DNA from: Candidatus Bathyarchaeia archaeon
GTDB lineage: Archaea; Thermoproteota; Bathyarchaeia; Bathyarchaeales; DTEX01
Reading direction: 5' to 3'
NCBI GenBank assembly: GCA_038817885.1
Contig: JAWAZE010000001.1
Span: forward strand, 8,941 to 72,940
DNA length: 64,000 nt
In this document: piece by piece, positions 44,942 to 54,113 of the stretch
Layout of the letters: every line of letters begins with the position of its first letter
How positions within the stretch are numbered: position 1 is the stretch's first letter
Translations under genes and position numbers: made by a program
Notes under the pieces: model-generated
The model's database searches: none
Seen by the model: the letters and a program-made list of their open reading frames with translations, nothing else
Told to the model about the DNA's origin: nothing

Positions 44942-45202
44942 CTAGAGTATGCCCAACTTAACCGCCAGGTCAGCTGCACTATATTCTGGCGATAGCTTTA
45001 CAAAAGCTTTTTTCGTTCCATCTCTAGTTATAACAGTGTTAACTTTCTCAACCTTAACGTCATATAGATTCTCGACGGCCATCTTAATATCATTTTTTGT
45101 TGCTTTGCGGTTGACAATAAAAGTTATTTTATTTTCTTTCTCAATAATTCGGCTTGCGCGCTCAGTTATAAGCGGATACAAAATAACCTCATGCTGCTTC
45201 AA
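44942..45202 (-). CDS. rpl23: 50S ribosomal protein L23 (uL23)
   Basis: 'ILYPLITERASRIIEKENKITFIVNRKATKNDIKMAVENLYDVKVEKVNT'. The start is moved to TTG 45202 (GGAGG SD upstream, 1 nt after the L4 TAG), giving 86 aa. The ORF-track ATG at 45247 overlaps L4 by 44 nt. Confidence 0.9.
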   Translation of the reverse strand: MKQHEVILYPLITERASRIIEKENKITFIVNRKATKNDIKMAVENLYDVKVEKVNTVITRDGTKKAFVKLSPEYSAADLAVKLGIL

Positions 45203-45203
45203 A

Positions 45204-45989
45204 CTAATTAACCTCCTTAACCGAAATAATATTCCTAAGGTTTTCAATGGTCGAGATCGTCCAAATAGTTAATCTTCCTGGGTGTGCCCCGGGGGCTAGC
45301 ACTTCAGGGTTTAAGTCTTTAACATTAATTATATCGACCCCCGGAAAGTTTCTTGATGCTTTAAATATGCCGCCATCTCTTGATACTACTATGAGTGGTC
45401 CGACAGCTTTTTTCAGCTTTCTGCCACGCATCTTGCCCTTACCGCTCCTAACTTTGATGCTCTCTATAACTCTCTCGATATCAGACCAGACGCCAAGGTT
45501 TATTAACGCCCTCTTTAATTCCTTCGCCCTTTTTATGTCCTCAAGATCATCTGTGACTATTAATGGTATACTCAGGACACTATCAATTATATGTCCCCTC
45601 CCCTCTACAATATCTTTTCTCGCAGTTGCAGCTATTGCGGAGAATAGTGCTAAACACTTCTCCTTTTTTGGAATCTTCTTATAAATCTTCTTTTTAACCA
45701 CTGGTGGATGAGCTAAGCGTCCGCTAACTGTTCCAGGTGCAAATTTCGCCCTACCCCTCTCTAGGCGTGGGACCCTCGCAAGTCCATAGCCAACGCCCCA
45801 AGATTCAGCTGTTGTTCTCTTCCCAGCATATGGATCTCTGCCCTTTGGCTGTAGGCGGTGTGATTGAATAGTTATGACAGCCCTCTTAATAACATCTGGC
45901 CTAAACGGCGTCATAAAAACTTCCGGCAGCTCTATTGTGCCAACCTCTTTCCCCTCAAGATTAAAGATTTTAGCGTAAACCTTTTCCAC
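45204..45989 (-). CDS. rpl4: 50S ribosomal protein L4 (uL4)
   Basis: Position in the uL3-uL4-uL23-uL2 operon. 'GRDPYAGKRTTAESWGVGYGLARVPR' is typical of archaeal L4. Confidence 0.9.
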   Translation of the reverse strand: MEKVYAKIFNLEGKEVGTIELPEVFMTPFRPDVIKRAVITIQSHRLQPKGRDPYAGKRTTAESWGVGYGLARVPRLERGRAKFAPGTVSGRLAHPPVVKKKIYKKIPKKEKCLALFSAIAATARKDIVEGRGHIIDSVLSIPLIVTDDLEDIKRAKELKRALINLGVWSDIERVIESIKVRSGKGKMRGRKLKKAVGPLIVVSRDGGIFKASRNFPGVDIINVKDLNPEVLAPGAHPGRLTIWTISTIENLRNIISVKEVN

Positions 45990-46001
45990 AATAATTCACC
46001 C

Positions 46002-47015
46002 CTAAACACCCTGCTGCGACTCAAGTGATATGAATGTTACTTGCGGCGGCGTCTCACTCACCCTCTTCGGCGGCCTAGCAGGATACCTCAATCTTATTAC
46101 TCTCTTCGCTGGTCCCAGGACGCTCCCGCTTAATAATATATAAGTTCCCTTAATCACACCATAATGCAGGAAACCGCCCTTAGGCGTTACTTCCTTCCCA
46201 TCTCTCCCAATTTTTATTATCCTCTTATTATACTCAGTTCTCTGGTGGTAGCCCATCTGACCAGCTCTTGGCACCGTATATATAACCCTTTTCATGCCTA
46301 TGGCGCCTAGAGTTCCGACACCCCTCTCCGTCTTACGAGATTTATGTTGTAATGTTCTTACACCCCACCTTTTTATAGGGCCTTGGATACCCTTACCCTT
46401 AGTTATAGCTATAACATCAACATACTGCCCCTCTTTAAAGACCTCTTCAACAGAAACAGTTTTACCTAAAATCTTCTTGGCATACTCAAACTGCTCTTTT
46501 ATGGTTCCACCGCCAACCTTAATCTCCATTAAATCAGGCTTCTTCTTTGGAACGCTAGATAATTTTGGCTGCGTGGCCGCCAAAACCCTGAACTCAACAA
46601 CCTGGTCAAGAGCTTCCTCTATTCTTTTTAAGCCCTCCTCCATCTTCTCCTTACCATAATCTTTCGGAGGGATTATGGTTCTCTCCATCTCCTTAGGTAA
46701 TGGGGATGTCCAAACCTCCGTTAAAGTTTTAAGTCCATGCTCATCCCGCGTGTATGCGCGGATCGCAGCTATATATATTGGTGGAGCATCTATAACAGTA
46801 ATGGGCTTGATGACCTCCTTGCCAAAATTTATTGAGCCGGGTTCATCTTCAACTATAATGGCATAAGTCATGCCGCTCTTATATCCGGCGAAGCCCAGTA
46901 GTGTGGGGCCTTCTTTAACCTCAGGCCAATACCTTATCCTACCAATGGAGCGTGAAGCCCTAGCCCTAGGTAAGTATGCTAATGAGCCTCTCCTAGGCGC
47001 ATGATGCTTCGGCAT
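46002..47015 (-). CDS. rpl3: 50S ribosomal protein L3 (uL3)
   Basis: 'HHAPRRGSLAYLPRARA', 'GFAGYKSGMT' and 'TKGKGIQGPIKRWG'. Confidence 0.95.
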   Translation of the reverse strand: MPKHHAPRRGSLAYLPRARASRSIGRIRYWPEVKEGPTLLGFAGYKSGMTYAIIVEDEPGSINFGKEVIKPITVIDAPPIYIAAIRAYTRDEHGLKTLTEVWTSPLPKEMERTIIPPKDYGKEKMEEGLKRIEEALDQVVEFRVLAATQPKLSSVPKKKPDLMEIKVGGGTIKEQFEYAKKILGKTVSVEEVFKEGQYVDVIAITKGKGIQGPIKRWGVRTLQHKSRKTERGVGTLGAIGMKRVIYTVPRAGQMGYHQRTEYNKRIIKIGRDGKEVTPKGGFLHYGVIKGTYILLSGSVLGPAKRVIRLRYPARPPKRVSETPPQVTFISLESQQGV

Positions 47016-47230
47016 ACCTTATAACCTTCGTCTTCTATTTTCACATTATTGGCTTGTCTCTCATCAATTAAGAGAATTAGGTTATAAACCTTTCTCTTGA
47101 GAAAATCTTTTAACAGTCTTTGCTTCGAAAATATTATCACAGCAATATAAAGCTTTTCTGGGGCGGGCGCTCTGGGGCATGTGGTAAAATTTTATCTGTG
47201 GCGCCCATAGGAAACTATAGGTGATGGAAG

Positions 47231-48094
47231 TTGAGTATCCCAGAGATCCTGCTAAGAGAAAAAATTAAGGATTTCCTTGAAGAGGATATAGGGCTGGGCG
47301 ATATTACAACAGAGGCTATTGTTCCAATCGGGATTAGGGTCCGCGCACAGATAATTGTGAAGGAGCCGGCGGTTGTAGCGGGGCTTAATGAAGCCAAGAT
47401 GATCTTTGAGATTGTTGGCGTGAAGCTACTGCCGAATGTTAGGGATGGTGATGAGGTTCAACCTGGCACCCCTATAGCCGTTGTTGAGGGTGATGGAAGA
47501 GGTGTACTCTTAGCTGAGAGAACAGTATTGAATCTCCTCTCGAGGATGAGCGGAATAGCCACCGAGACAAGGAATCTAATTAAGAAGGTTAAGGAGGCTG
47601 GGCTTAATGTGCGCATAGCCGCTACTAGAAAGACTGCTCCCGGGCTAAGGTACTTTGATAAGAGGGCTGTTATGATCGGCGGTGGAGATCCACATAGATT
47701 TAGATTGGATGATCAAATACTCATTAAAGATAATCATATTGCTATTGCTGGTAGCCTAGAGGAAGTCTTGAGAAGAGCCATAACCTCCGCCAGCTTCTCA
47801 AAGAAGATCGAGGTTGAGACTAAGAGTGCGGATGATGCCGTTAAGGCGGCTAAACTGGGTGCTGACATCATAATGCTGGACAATATGAGCGTTGAGGAGG
47901 TGTGGAAGGTAATTAATGCTCTTAAGGAGCTTGGCTTGAGGGATAAAGTTCTTATAGAGGTTTCTGGAGAAATAACTGGACATAATATTTTAGAGTATGC
48001 TAAAGCTGGTCCAGACATAATCTCTGTTGGAGCTATCACGCACTCTGTTAAATCTATCGATATGAGCCTAGAGATTATTAATGTTGAAAGGTGA
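47231..48094 (+). CDS. nadC: Nicotinate-nucleotide pyrophosphorylase (quinolinate phosphoribosyltransferase)
   Basis: 'FLEEDIGLGDITT', 'IAATRKTAPGLR', 'GGGDPHRFRLDD', 'IKDNHI' and 'IMLDNM'. TTG start. Confidence 0.9.
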   Translation: MSIPEILLREKIKDFLEEDIGLGDITTEAIVPIGIRVRAQIIVKEPAVVAGLNEAKMIFEIVGVKLLPNVRDGDEVQPGTPIAVVEGDGRGVLLAERTVLNLLSRMSGIATETRNLIKKVKEAGLNVRIAATRKTAPGLRYFDKRAVMIGGGDPHRFRLDDQILIKDNHIAIAGSLEEVLRRAITSASFSKKIEVETKSADDAVKAAKLGADIIMLDNMSVEEVWKVINALKELGLRDKVLIEVSGEITGHNILEYAKAGPDIISVGAITHSVKSIDMSLEIINVER

Positions 48095-48109
48095 ATTTTA
48101 GCCTAACCA

Positions 48110-49330
48110 TTATTTTCCAGCAGCCCTTTTAATAGCTTCCACAATTATGGATGCTGGTGCGTCAGTCTTTATTCCCTTGGCATGAAAGTATGTTCGTAAA
48201 GCCTTATAATTCATGCTTAAAAGACAGTTAATAACTTCTTTTAATGGCGGTGTAGGTGAACCCATTCTATCGCAGATCTTGTCAATAACATAATAGGTGA
48301 TGGGCGCATCAACCTCACTTCTCACCAGAGATATTATCCTTCTAGCCTCATGGCCTATATGATTGAAATCATCCCTCTCCAAATTCTCCTCCAATTTGTT
48401 GCAGAAGTTCTCATCGGCTATTCTCCCAAGCCATAATGGTCCAGCAACCCTTAACATGGAGCCGCACTCTGGACATCTGACCTTACATTCAACTAGCGCT
48501 GGCATGTTTTGATGGGTCTCCCTATGAAAGCACTTAAAACAGTGCAGTATATAGCCCATGTTTTTTAAAGTCTCATCAGCCTTCTCGGCACCATATTCTA
48601 TTAGAGCGTATAATCTAGTGTAGTGCCGCGTACTATGACTAAACAATATCCTTATTCCAATATTATGCCTAGCCGCTACCAGCGCCAGACAACCAGCGAG
48701 AAGCCTTATTGCTATCTCATGACAGTACTCTGTCCTTAAGGATAAACCGTAGTATTTCCTTAAGGCCACTTTAGGATAAACCCCACATAATGGGGCCATA
48801 TCGGTCGCTGTTAAAGCCAGTAGCCCCCCATCCCTCAATGCCCTTATCGCCGAATCAAGGTATGGCACTGGAGAGCCAAAGGGATCTATGTCTATAAAGT
48901 CGAATCTGCTTCTCGGAGCAGCATGCCTACTGAGAAAAAGGTTTGCATCCTCATTTGATACAAAAACCTTCTCATCAAGGTTATTCAAGCGGACGTTATA
49001 TTTAGCGAGCTGGTAGGCTCTTTCACTTATATCGTTAAGATAGACGCTTTTTACGCCCTTAACCTCCTTAGCAAATCTTATCCCCCTAACACCGCAACCT
49101 GAGAGAGGCTCGGAAACGCTCAAATCCCTATTAACTATGTTTTGATAGGATTGCAGGGATAAGACAGCTATATCCCTACAAGTCCTCATCTTGGGATTAT
49201 AGAATACTGGTGCCCTAGCGGGGGCGTAATCCCAGAAACCCCTCTTAAAAGATTCAAGTCTAGGAATAATTATATCGATCATCCCCTCACGGATGGCTTC
49301 CACGGGAAAACCAAGATTTAAGTTCTCCAT
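48110..49330 (-). CDS. trm1: tRNA (guanine26-N2)-dimethyltransferase Trm1
   Basis: 'VFYNPKMRTCRDIAVL', 'SGCGVRGIRFA', 'IDIDPFGSP' and the Zn-finger region 'HCFKCFH...CPECG'. Confidence 0.9.
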   Translation of the reverse strand: MENLNLGFPVEAIREGMIDIIIPRLESFKRGFWDYAPARAPVFYNPKMRTCRDIAVLSLQSYQNIVNRDLSVSEPLSGCGVRGIRFAKEVKGVKSVYLNDISERAYQLAKYNVRLNNLDEKVFVSNEDANLFLSRHAAPRSRFDFIDIDPFGSPVPYLDSAIRALRDGGLLALTATDMAPLCGVYPKVALRKYYGLSLRTEYCHEIAIRLLAGCLALVAARHNIGIRILFSHSTRHYTRLYALIEYGAEKADETLKNMGYILHCFKCFHRETHQNMPALVECKVRCPECGSMLRVAGPLWLGRIADENFCNKLEENLERDDFNHIGHEARRIISLVRSEVDAPITYYVIDKICDRMGSPTPPLKEVINCLLSMNYKALRTYFHAKGIKTDAPASIIVEAIKRAAGK

Positions 49331-49437
49331 TCATCCTCACTAAAGTGAGATCGAGGGGAGGAAATTTATTTTACGGATCTTGCACCTAATCGCCGGGCAC
49401 CATAGTATATAAGAGTATCCGGGGCTTAAAAATCATA

Positions 49438-50499
49438 GTGGTCCTTATGGTTGTTAATGAGTTAAGAAAGGATTATATAATAGATAGGTGGGTTGTGATT
49501 GCATCGCATAGAAGAAAGAGACCCTCTGATTTTATTGAGAAGCACCCTGAAGAGGGAAGGTACAGCACGTGCCCCTTCTGTCCCGGGAATGAGCATTTGA
49601 CCCCACCAGCGTCCCTTGTCTATTTAGTGGAGGGCGATGGTAAGGTAAGAAAGGATCGGGATATGAATGGGGAGCGACATAAGAACTGGATTATTAGATG
49701 CTTCCCAAACCTTTACCCAGCATTCTCTCCAGTAGAGCCGAAGATCATGCCAAATATTCAGGGCGGATATAGGTATATTCATTTAGGGGCGCTAGGCTAT
49801 CATGAAGTCCTTGTCGAGTCGCCGAACCATGATGAGCATCCAGGCGTAGCCAGAATAGGACAACTAATCCATGTTATAAATGCGCTTAAAGACAGAACCG
49901 CATTCCTCACGACAAAGGACTTTATAAGGTACGTTTCAATATTTAGAAATCACGGCGCTAGCGCTGGCGCCTCGCTATCCCATGCACATATGCAGATAAT
50001 AGCCATGCCAATGGTTCCAAGAATAGTTTCTGAGGAATTTGTTGCAAGCAAAAAATACTATAAGGATAATGACAGATGTATCTTCTGCGATATAATAAGT
50101 GAGGAGCAGAAGAGTGAGCGCCTCATATATGAAGATGGTGCCTTCATAATCTTTGCTCCATGGGCTTCAATAAGCCCCTTTGAGTTCTGGATATTCCCCA
50201 AGAGACATCAATCCTCCATACTTGATCTTAAAGATAACGAAGTTAAGGGCTTTGCAGAGGTTCTCAGGCTTAGTTTAGGTGGGTTAAGGAGTCTGCTTAA
50301 CGACCCTCCATATAATTTTGGCTTTCATATGATGCCCAAAGAATATTACCACTGGCATGTTGAAGTCTATCCAGCATTATCCATCTGGGCTGGCTTCGAG
50401 AAGAGCACCGGAATATATATCAACGTCGTACCCCCGGAGGAGGCTGCTAAATACTTAAGGGAAAAACTTGAGTCAGAAAAAGGAGCCCTCATCTACTAG
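49438..50499 (+). CDS. galT: Galactose-1-phosphate uridylyltransferase-family (HIT-superfamily nucleotidyltransferase/phosphorylase)
   Basis: 'ELRKDYIIDRWVVIASHRRKRP', Zn motif 'CPFCPGNE' and active site 'SLSHAHMQIIA' (HxHxQ). Confidence 0.8.
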   Translation: MVLMVVNELRKDYIIDRWVVIASHRRKRPSDFIEKHPEEGRYSTCPFCPGNEHLTPPASLVYLVEGDGKVRKDRDMNGERHKNWIIRCFPNLYPAFSPVEPKIMPNIQGGYRYIHLGALGYHEVLVESPNHDEHPGVARIGQLIHVINALKDRTAFLTTKDFIRYVSIFRNHGASAGASLSHAHMQIIAMPMVPRIVSEEFVASKKYYKDNDRCIFCDIISEEQKSERLIYEDGAFIIFAPWASISPFEFWIFPKRHQSSILDLKDNEVKGFAEVLRLSLGGLRSLLNDPPYNFGFHMMPKEYYHWHVEVYPALSIWAGFEKSTGIYINVVPPEEAAKYLREKLESEKGALIY

Positions 50500-50585
50500 G
50501 GTCAGATGACTTATTAATTGGAAGTCTCCGTATCGCCATGGAAAATAAAAATTGAGATTAAAGGCGGATATTATAGTCTGGCTGA

Positions 50586-50852
50586 TTAACTGTAAATGCT
50601 AAGAACTTTCCTTATTCCACTAGCCGTCACAAAATATTTTCTGACTCCTGCACCCACCTTGACTTCGGCATATCCTTTTTCTATAAGTCTATTGAGGTTC
50701 TCCTCGACCCTCGGCTTTTCCATAGATGTCCAATATGATATTTCTTCGATTGAGAGCGCCCTTTCTGGATTTATTGCGCCAACATTATGCAGAATATAAA
50801 GAAGATATACATCGTCTGGGATTCGTGTTAATTTATCTTGCATAAAGATCAC
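50586..50852 (-). CDS. Small winged-helix (MarR/ArsR-like) protein
   Basis: 88 aa: 'LSIEEISYWTSMEKPRVEENLNRLIEKGYAEV'. The GTG at 50852 overlaps the upstream glycosyltransferase stop (GTGA). An alternative ATG at 50843 has a GGGAG SD. Confidence 0.5.
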   Translation of the reverse strand: MIFMQDKLTRIPDDVYLLYILHNVGAINPERALSIEEISYWTSMEKPRVEENLNRLIEKGYAEVKVGAGVRKYFVTASGIRKVLSIYS

Positions 50853-52015
50853 TCCCTAAGAGCTTTCTCATAAACTTCAATAGTTCTCCTCGCCACAGCC
50901 TCCCAGCTATACACTTCGTGAACCTTCCTTTTAGCATTTTGCACAAGCCAATGTGCATAGCCATGGTCAGATAAAATCTTATTCACACCCCACGCTATTG
51001 AGTCAGGGTTCTCCTTGTAAGCTAAGAAGCCAGTCTTATCATGCTCAATTATCTCTGCTAAACCACCAACGCTACTTGCAACTACGGGGATCCCGGCAGC
51101 CATCCCCTCCAGGGCAACTATCCCAAATGGTTCATAGACTGATGGTATCACCAGAACATCCGAGCTTAAAGTCAAGTCAATTACATCCTGGTCACTTAAG
51201 AACCCCAAAAATGTTATTTTATGGAGGCATCCAGTAGAATGTGCTAGATTCCAAAGGTTATCCTTAATCCAACCGTTTCCAATTATAACTATTCTAGCCT
51301 CCGGATGCCGCTCAATTATTTTTGGCGCAGCCATAATTAAATATTCTACGCCCTTTTGTGGGACGAGCCTTCCAATAAAGAGGACTATCCTCTCGCTTGG
51401 GTCTATTCCAAATCTCCTCTTAACGCTTTCACGGTCAACACTAACCTCATACTTTGCTATATCAATACCGTTTGGAATGACATCTATCTTCTCGCTTGGT
51501 AAACGGAAGTGACCTTTAATCTCACTCTTCATAGCGTTACTTGTCACAATCACCCTCTTTGACTCATAAGTTAGCCACCACTCAAATCCATCTATCAGAA
51601 ATGAATCTGGGCTATGGAGACCCTGCGCCCTACCTACTTCAGTGCTGTGCATCGTTAATACAAGCGGCACCCTCAAATAATGTTTTGAGGCTATACTGGC
51701 GGGCGCGACGAGCCAGTCATGTGCATGAATTAAATTAAATCTCTCATGTTTACTAATGTCAGCAATCTTCTTCTCTATAAAATGATTAAACAGTAATACC
51801 CAGGTAATGAAGTTTGGGTGACCCAATTCTATGGGGACTCTGTGAATCTTTACGCCACCCCACTCTTCATAGGAGGGTGCTCCGGGAAACTCCAAAGTGA
51901 ATATGTGAACAGTGTGTCCTTTCTTAGCGATCTCTCTTGTTAAACCTTCACAATGCCTTGATATACCGCCAACTATTCTTGGAGGGTACTCCCATGTAAT
52001 CATGCAAATGTTCAT
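50849..52015 (-). CDS. GT-B fold glycosyltransferase (GT4/GT5-like, glycogen-synthase-like)
   Basis: 'ICMITWEYPPRIVGGISRH', 'HAHDW' and the C-terminus 'PSVYEPFGIVALEGMAAGIPVVAS' (E-x7-E region). Confidence 0.85.
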   Translation of the reverse strand: MNICMITWEYPPRIVGGISRHCEGLTREIAKKGHTVHIFTLEFPGAPSYEEWGGVKIHRVPIELGHPNFITWVLLFNHFIEKKIADISKHERFNLIHAHDWLVAPASIASKHYLRVPLVLTMHSTEVGRAQGLHSPDSFLIDGFEWWLTYESKRVIVTSNAMKSEIKGHFRLPSEKIDVIPNGIDIAKYEVSVDRESVKRRFGIDPSERIVLFIGRLVPQKGVEYLIMAAPKIIERHPEARIVIIGNGWIKDNLWNLAHSTGCLHKITFLGFLSDQDVIDLTLSSDVLVIPSVYEPFGIVALEGMAAGIPVVASSVGGLAEIIEHDKTGFLAYKENPDSIAWGVNKILSDHGYAHWLVQNAKRKVHEVYSWEAVARRTIEVYEKALRE

Positions 52016-52146
52016 TTATTTTAACACGCTTTTGTTTAAGCTTAAATTATTATTTTTAAAGAGCATTATAGAATATTAATCTTCCTATGGAAATCATTCC
52101 AGCGGCATTAAAATATAATTTCATTCTTGATCCGAGATAATATTCT

Positions 52147-53394
52147 TTATGGAATAACTTCTTTATACACTCTAATCGTGCCTTCAGCGACTTTCCTCCA
52201 TGTAAACATTTCTAAAACCCTCTTTCTGGCATTCTCGCCGCATCTTCTTCTAAGATCTTCATCCTCTAGAAGAATTGTCACGAACTTTGCGATGTCGCTG
52301 GGGTCGTAAGGATTTATGTGAAAACCGGTTTGATTTGGCCCTGAGGGGATAACCTGTTCCCTCATGCCGCTCACGCCGCGGGCGCCGACGACGACGGGTT
52401 TACCCATACTCATCGCCTCGGTGCAAACTATTCCAAAGGGCTCGTACTTTGATGGAAAAATACAAACGTCAGCGGCAGCATAATACTTTATTCTTAAGTC
52501 CTCTGGCAAAAATTCATATTTAAGTATGACTTTATCCTGAAGATTAAGTCTAATCACCTCCTCTCTTAAGAGCTCCTCCTGCTCCCCAACACCAACTATA
52601 ACTAGTTTAGCTTTTGGCACACGGCTTAAAATCTCCGGCATCGCCAGTATCAGTATATCTGCGCCTTTAACCCACGTTAACCTCCCTATAAATAGGATCA
52701 TATATTCATCATCAGAGATCCCTAGGCTTCTTCTTAAGGCTAAAGCCTCCTCCCGAGGCACACTTCCCGGAGAATATTTCTCGGCGTCTATACCATTGTA
52801 CACGACGCGAATCTTCTTCTCATCGTAGCCTAGGCTAACAAGGTGATCACGCATGGCATAGCTCACCGTTATTATTCTCTCAGCGTAGCCAGCCGCGAGT
52901 CTCTCCAAACGCTTTATAGTGTCCGAGCCATCACCAGTCCGCCCCTGCTCAGTGCTATGTACGTGGAATATAAGGGGCTTATTCAGCCCCCTGCTGGCTA
53001 ATATCCCCCCTATCGAGCCAAGCCAGTCGTGCGCCGCGATTAAGTCGACTTTTCTCTTCTCCATTCTCACTAGATCGTTTACTAGCTTGCTGGCCGACAA
53101 TATATTATAGAGAAATATGTCCCCGAAGAACTTCTTTCCATTCTCGTTCCATCTCTGTATTTCTTCTGGTATAAACATTGGTAGTAGTAGGCTAATATTC
53201 ATGTTTTCGACTATTGGCCTATGTACCTCCACTCCTCCATATATGTCCCTCGTCGGGGCGTCCTTCGTATGCATGGCGAATACTGTGACATCATGTCCCA
53301 TTCTAACAAGTTCCCTTGTTATGTATTCGGCATATGTCCCAAGCCCGCCGACGAGATACGGTGGATACTCATAGGTAAAGAATACTATCTCCAT
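52147..53394 (-). CDS. GT-B fold glycosyltransferase (GT4/GT5-like, glycogen-synthase-like), paralog of 50849-52015
   Basis: 'IVFFTYEYPPYLVGGLGTY', 'AAHDW' and 'PSKYEPFGIVCTEAMSMGKPVVV'. Confidence 0.85.
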   Translation of the reverse strand: MEIVFFTYEYPPYLVGGLGTYAEYITRELVRMGHDVTVFAMHTKDAPTRDIYGGVEVHRPIVENMNISLLLPMFIPEEIQRWNENGKKFFGDIFLYNILSASKLVNDLVRMEKRKVDLIAAHDWLGSIGGILASRGLNKPLIFHVHSTEQGRTGDGSDTIKRLERLAAGYAERIITVSYAMRDHLVSLGYDEKKIRVVYNGIDAEKYSPGSVPREEALALRRSLGISDDEYMILFIGRLTWVKGADILILAMPEILSRVPKAKLVIVGVGEQEELLREEVIRLNLQDKVILKYEFLPEDLRIKYYAAADVCIFPSKYEPFGIVCTEAMSMGKPVVVGARGVSGMREQVIPSGPNQTGFHINPYDPSDIAKFVTILLEDEDLRRRCGENARKRVLEMFTWRKVAEGTIRVYKEVIP

Positions 53395-53505
53395 AGATTA
53401 ACCATGGAAAACAAGAAGCCTCAGAGAATTTTAAATTTTTCTCATTTTTCAGAAAAAGATTTAACGAGTATTGCCAAGATATCTCATTAGGAGAAGGAGA
53501 TACCT

Positions 53506-53745
53506 ATGCTGGCATTTGTATTTGTCCGCGTCAATGTAGACGCCGTGTCAAAGGTTGCATCAGAGATATCGGAGATAAATAGTGTTAAAGAAGTATATGA
53601 GGTTACGGGCGACATCGACATAATAGTTAAGGTCTCGGCGCAGAATGTTGATGAGCTGAGCAGAATAGTATTTAAGATCAGAGAGATTGAGGGTGTTCAG
53701 GGAACTGATACAAGGATTGTATTAGTAAGCCATACTACTGGGTGA
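53506..53745 (+). CDS. Stand-alone Lrp/AsnC ligand-binding (RAM) domain protein
   Basis: 79 aa: 'AFVFVRVN...VKEVYEVTGDIDIIVKV...ELSRIV-KIREIEGVQGTDTRIVL'. No HTH domain. Confidence 0.7.
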   Translation: MLAFVFVRVNVDAVSKVASEISEINSVKEVYEVTGDIDIIVKVSAQNVDELSRIVFKIREIEGVQGTDTRIVLVSHTTG

Positions 53746-54095
53746 TATTTTTGGAAAGAAAGATGATAGCTGAGCGCATAAAAGAGATGGAGGCAGCCGG
53801 GTTACCCAGAGAGGAAATTGTTAAGTCCCTTTACCTTGAGAAATACCCTATATTTGAGATAACAGAGACCCTAGGTCTCTCCTCTGGGGAGCTTTTGGCA
53901 ATAAATGAGCGTTTACGCTTACATCTCTTGAGGTGCCCAGTCGGCCATAAATTCCTCGATGACCCCGTTCTTCATGCCCCTGACGCACACTACTGTATTG
54001 AGTGTAAGAGATGGTTCAACGAGTCGACATTAAGGGACGAAATAGACCTCGAGATTATAAGATTAAAAGAGAGGGAGTCCTCAAGACAGATTTGA
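53742..54095 (+). CDS. Hypothetical protein with a C-terminal Cys/His zinc-ribbon-like motif
   Basis: 117 aa. 4-nt overlap with the RAM-domain gene. 'RCPVGHKF...HYCIECKRWF'. Confidence 0.45.
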   Translation: MIFLERKMIAERIKEMEAAGLPREEIVKSLYLEKYPIFEITETLGLSSGELLAINERLRLHLLRCPVGHKFLDDPVLHAPDAHYCIECKRWFNESTLRDEIDLEIIRLKERESSRQI

Positions 54096-54113
54096 GCGCT
54101 CATCCTTCTTCTC

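Noticed and set aside
43069-46866. Antisense ORFs in leuC and the ribosomal-protein genes (43069..43404, 43435..43638, 44276..44473, 44949..45272, 45247..45684, 46294..46659, 46675..46866)
   Set aside because: They lie opposite highly conserved genes and are shadow frames.
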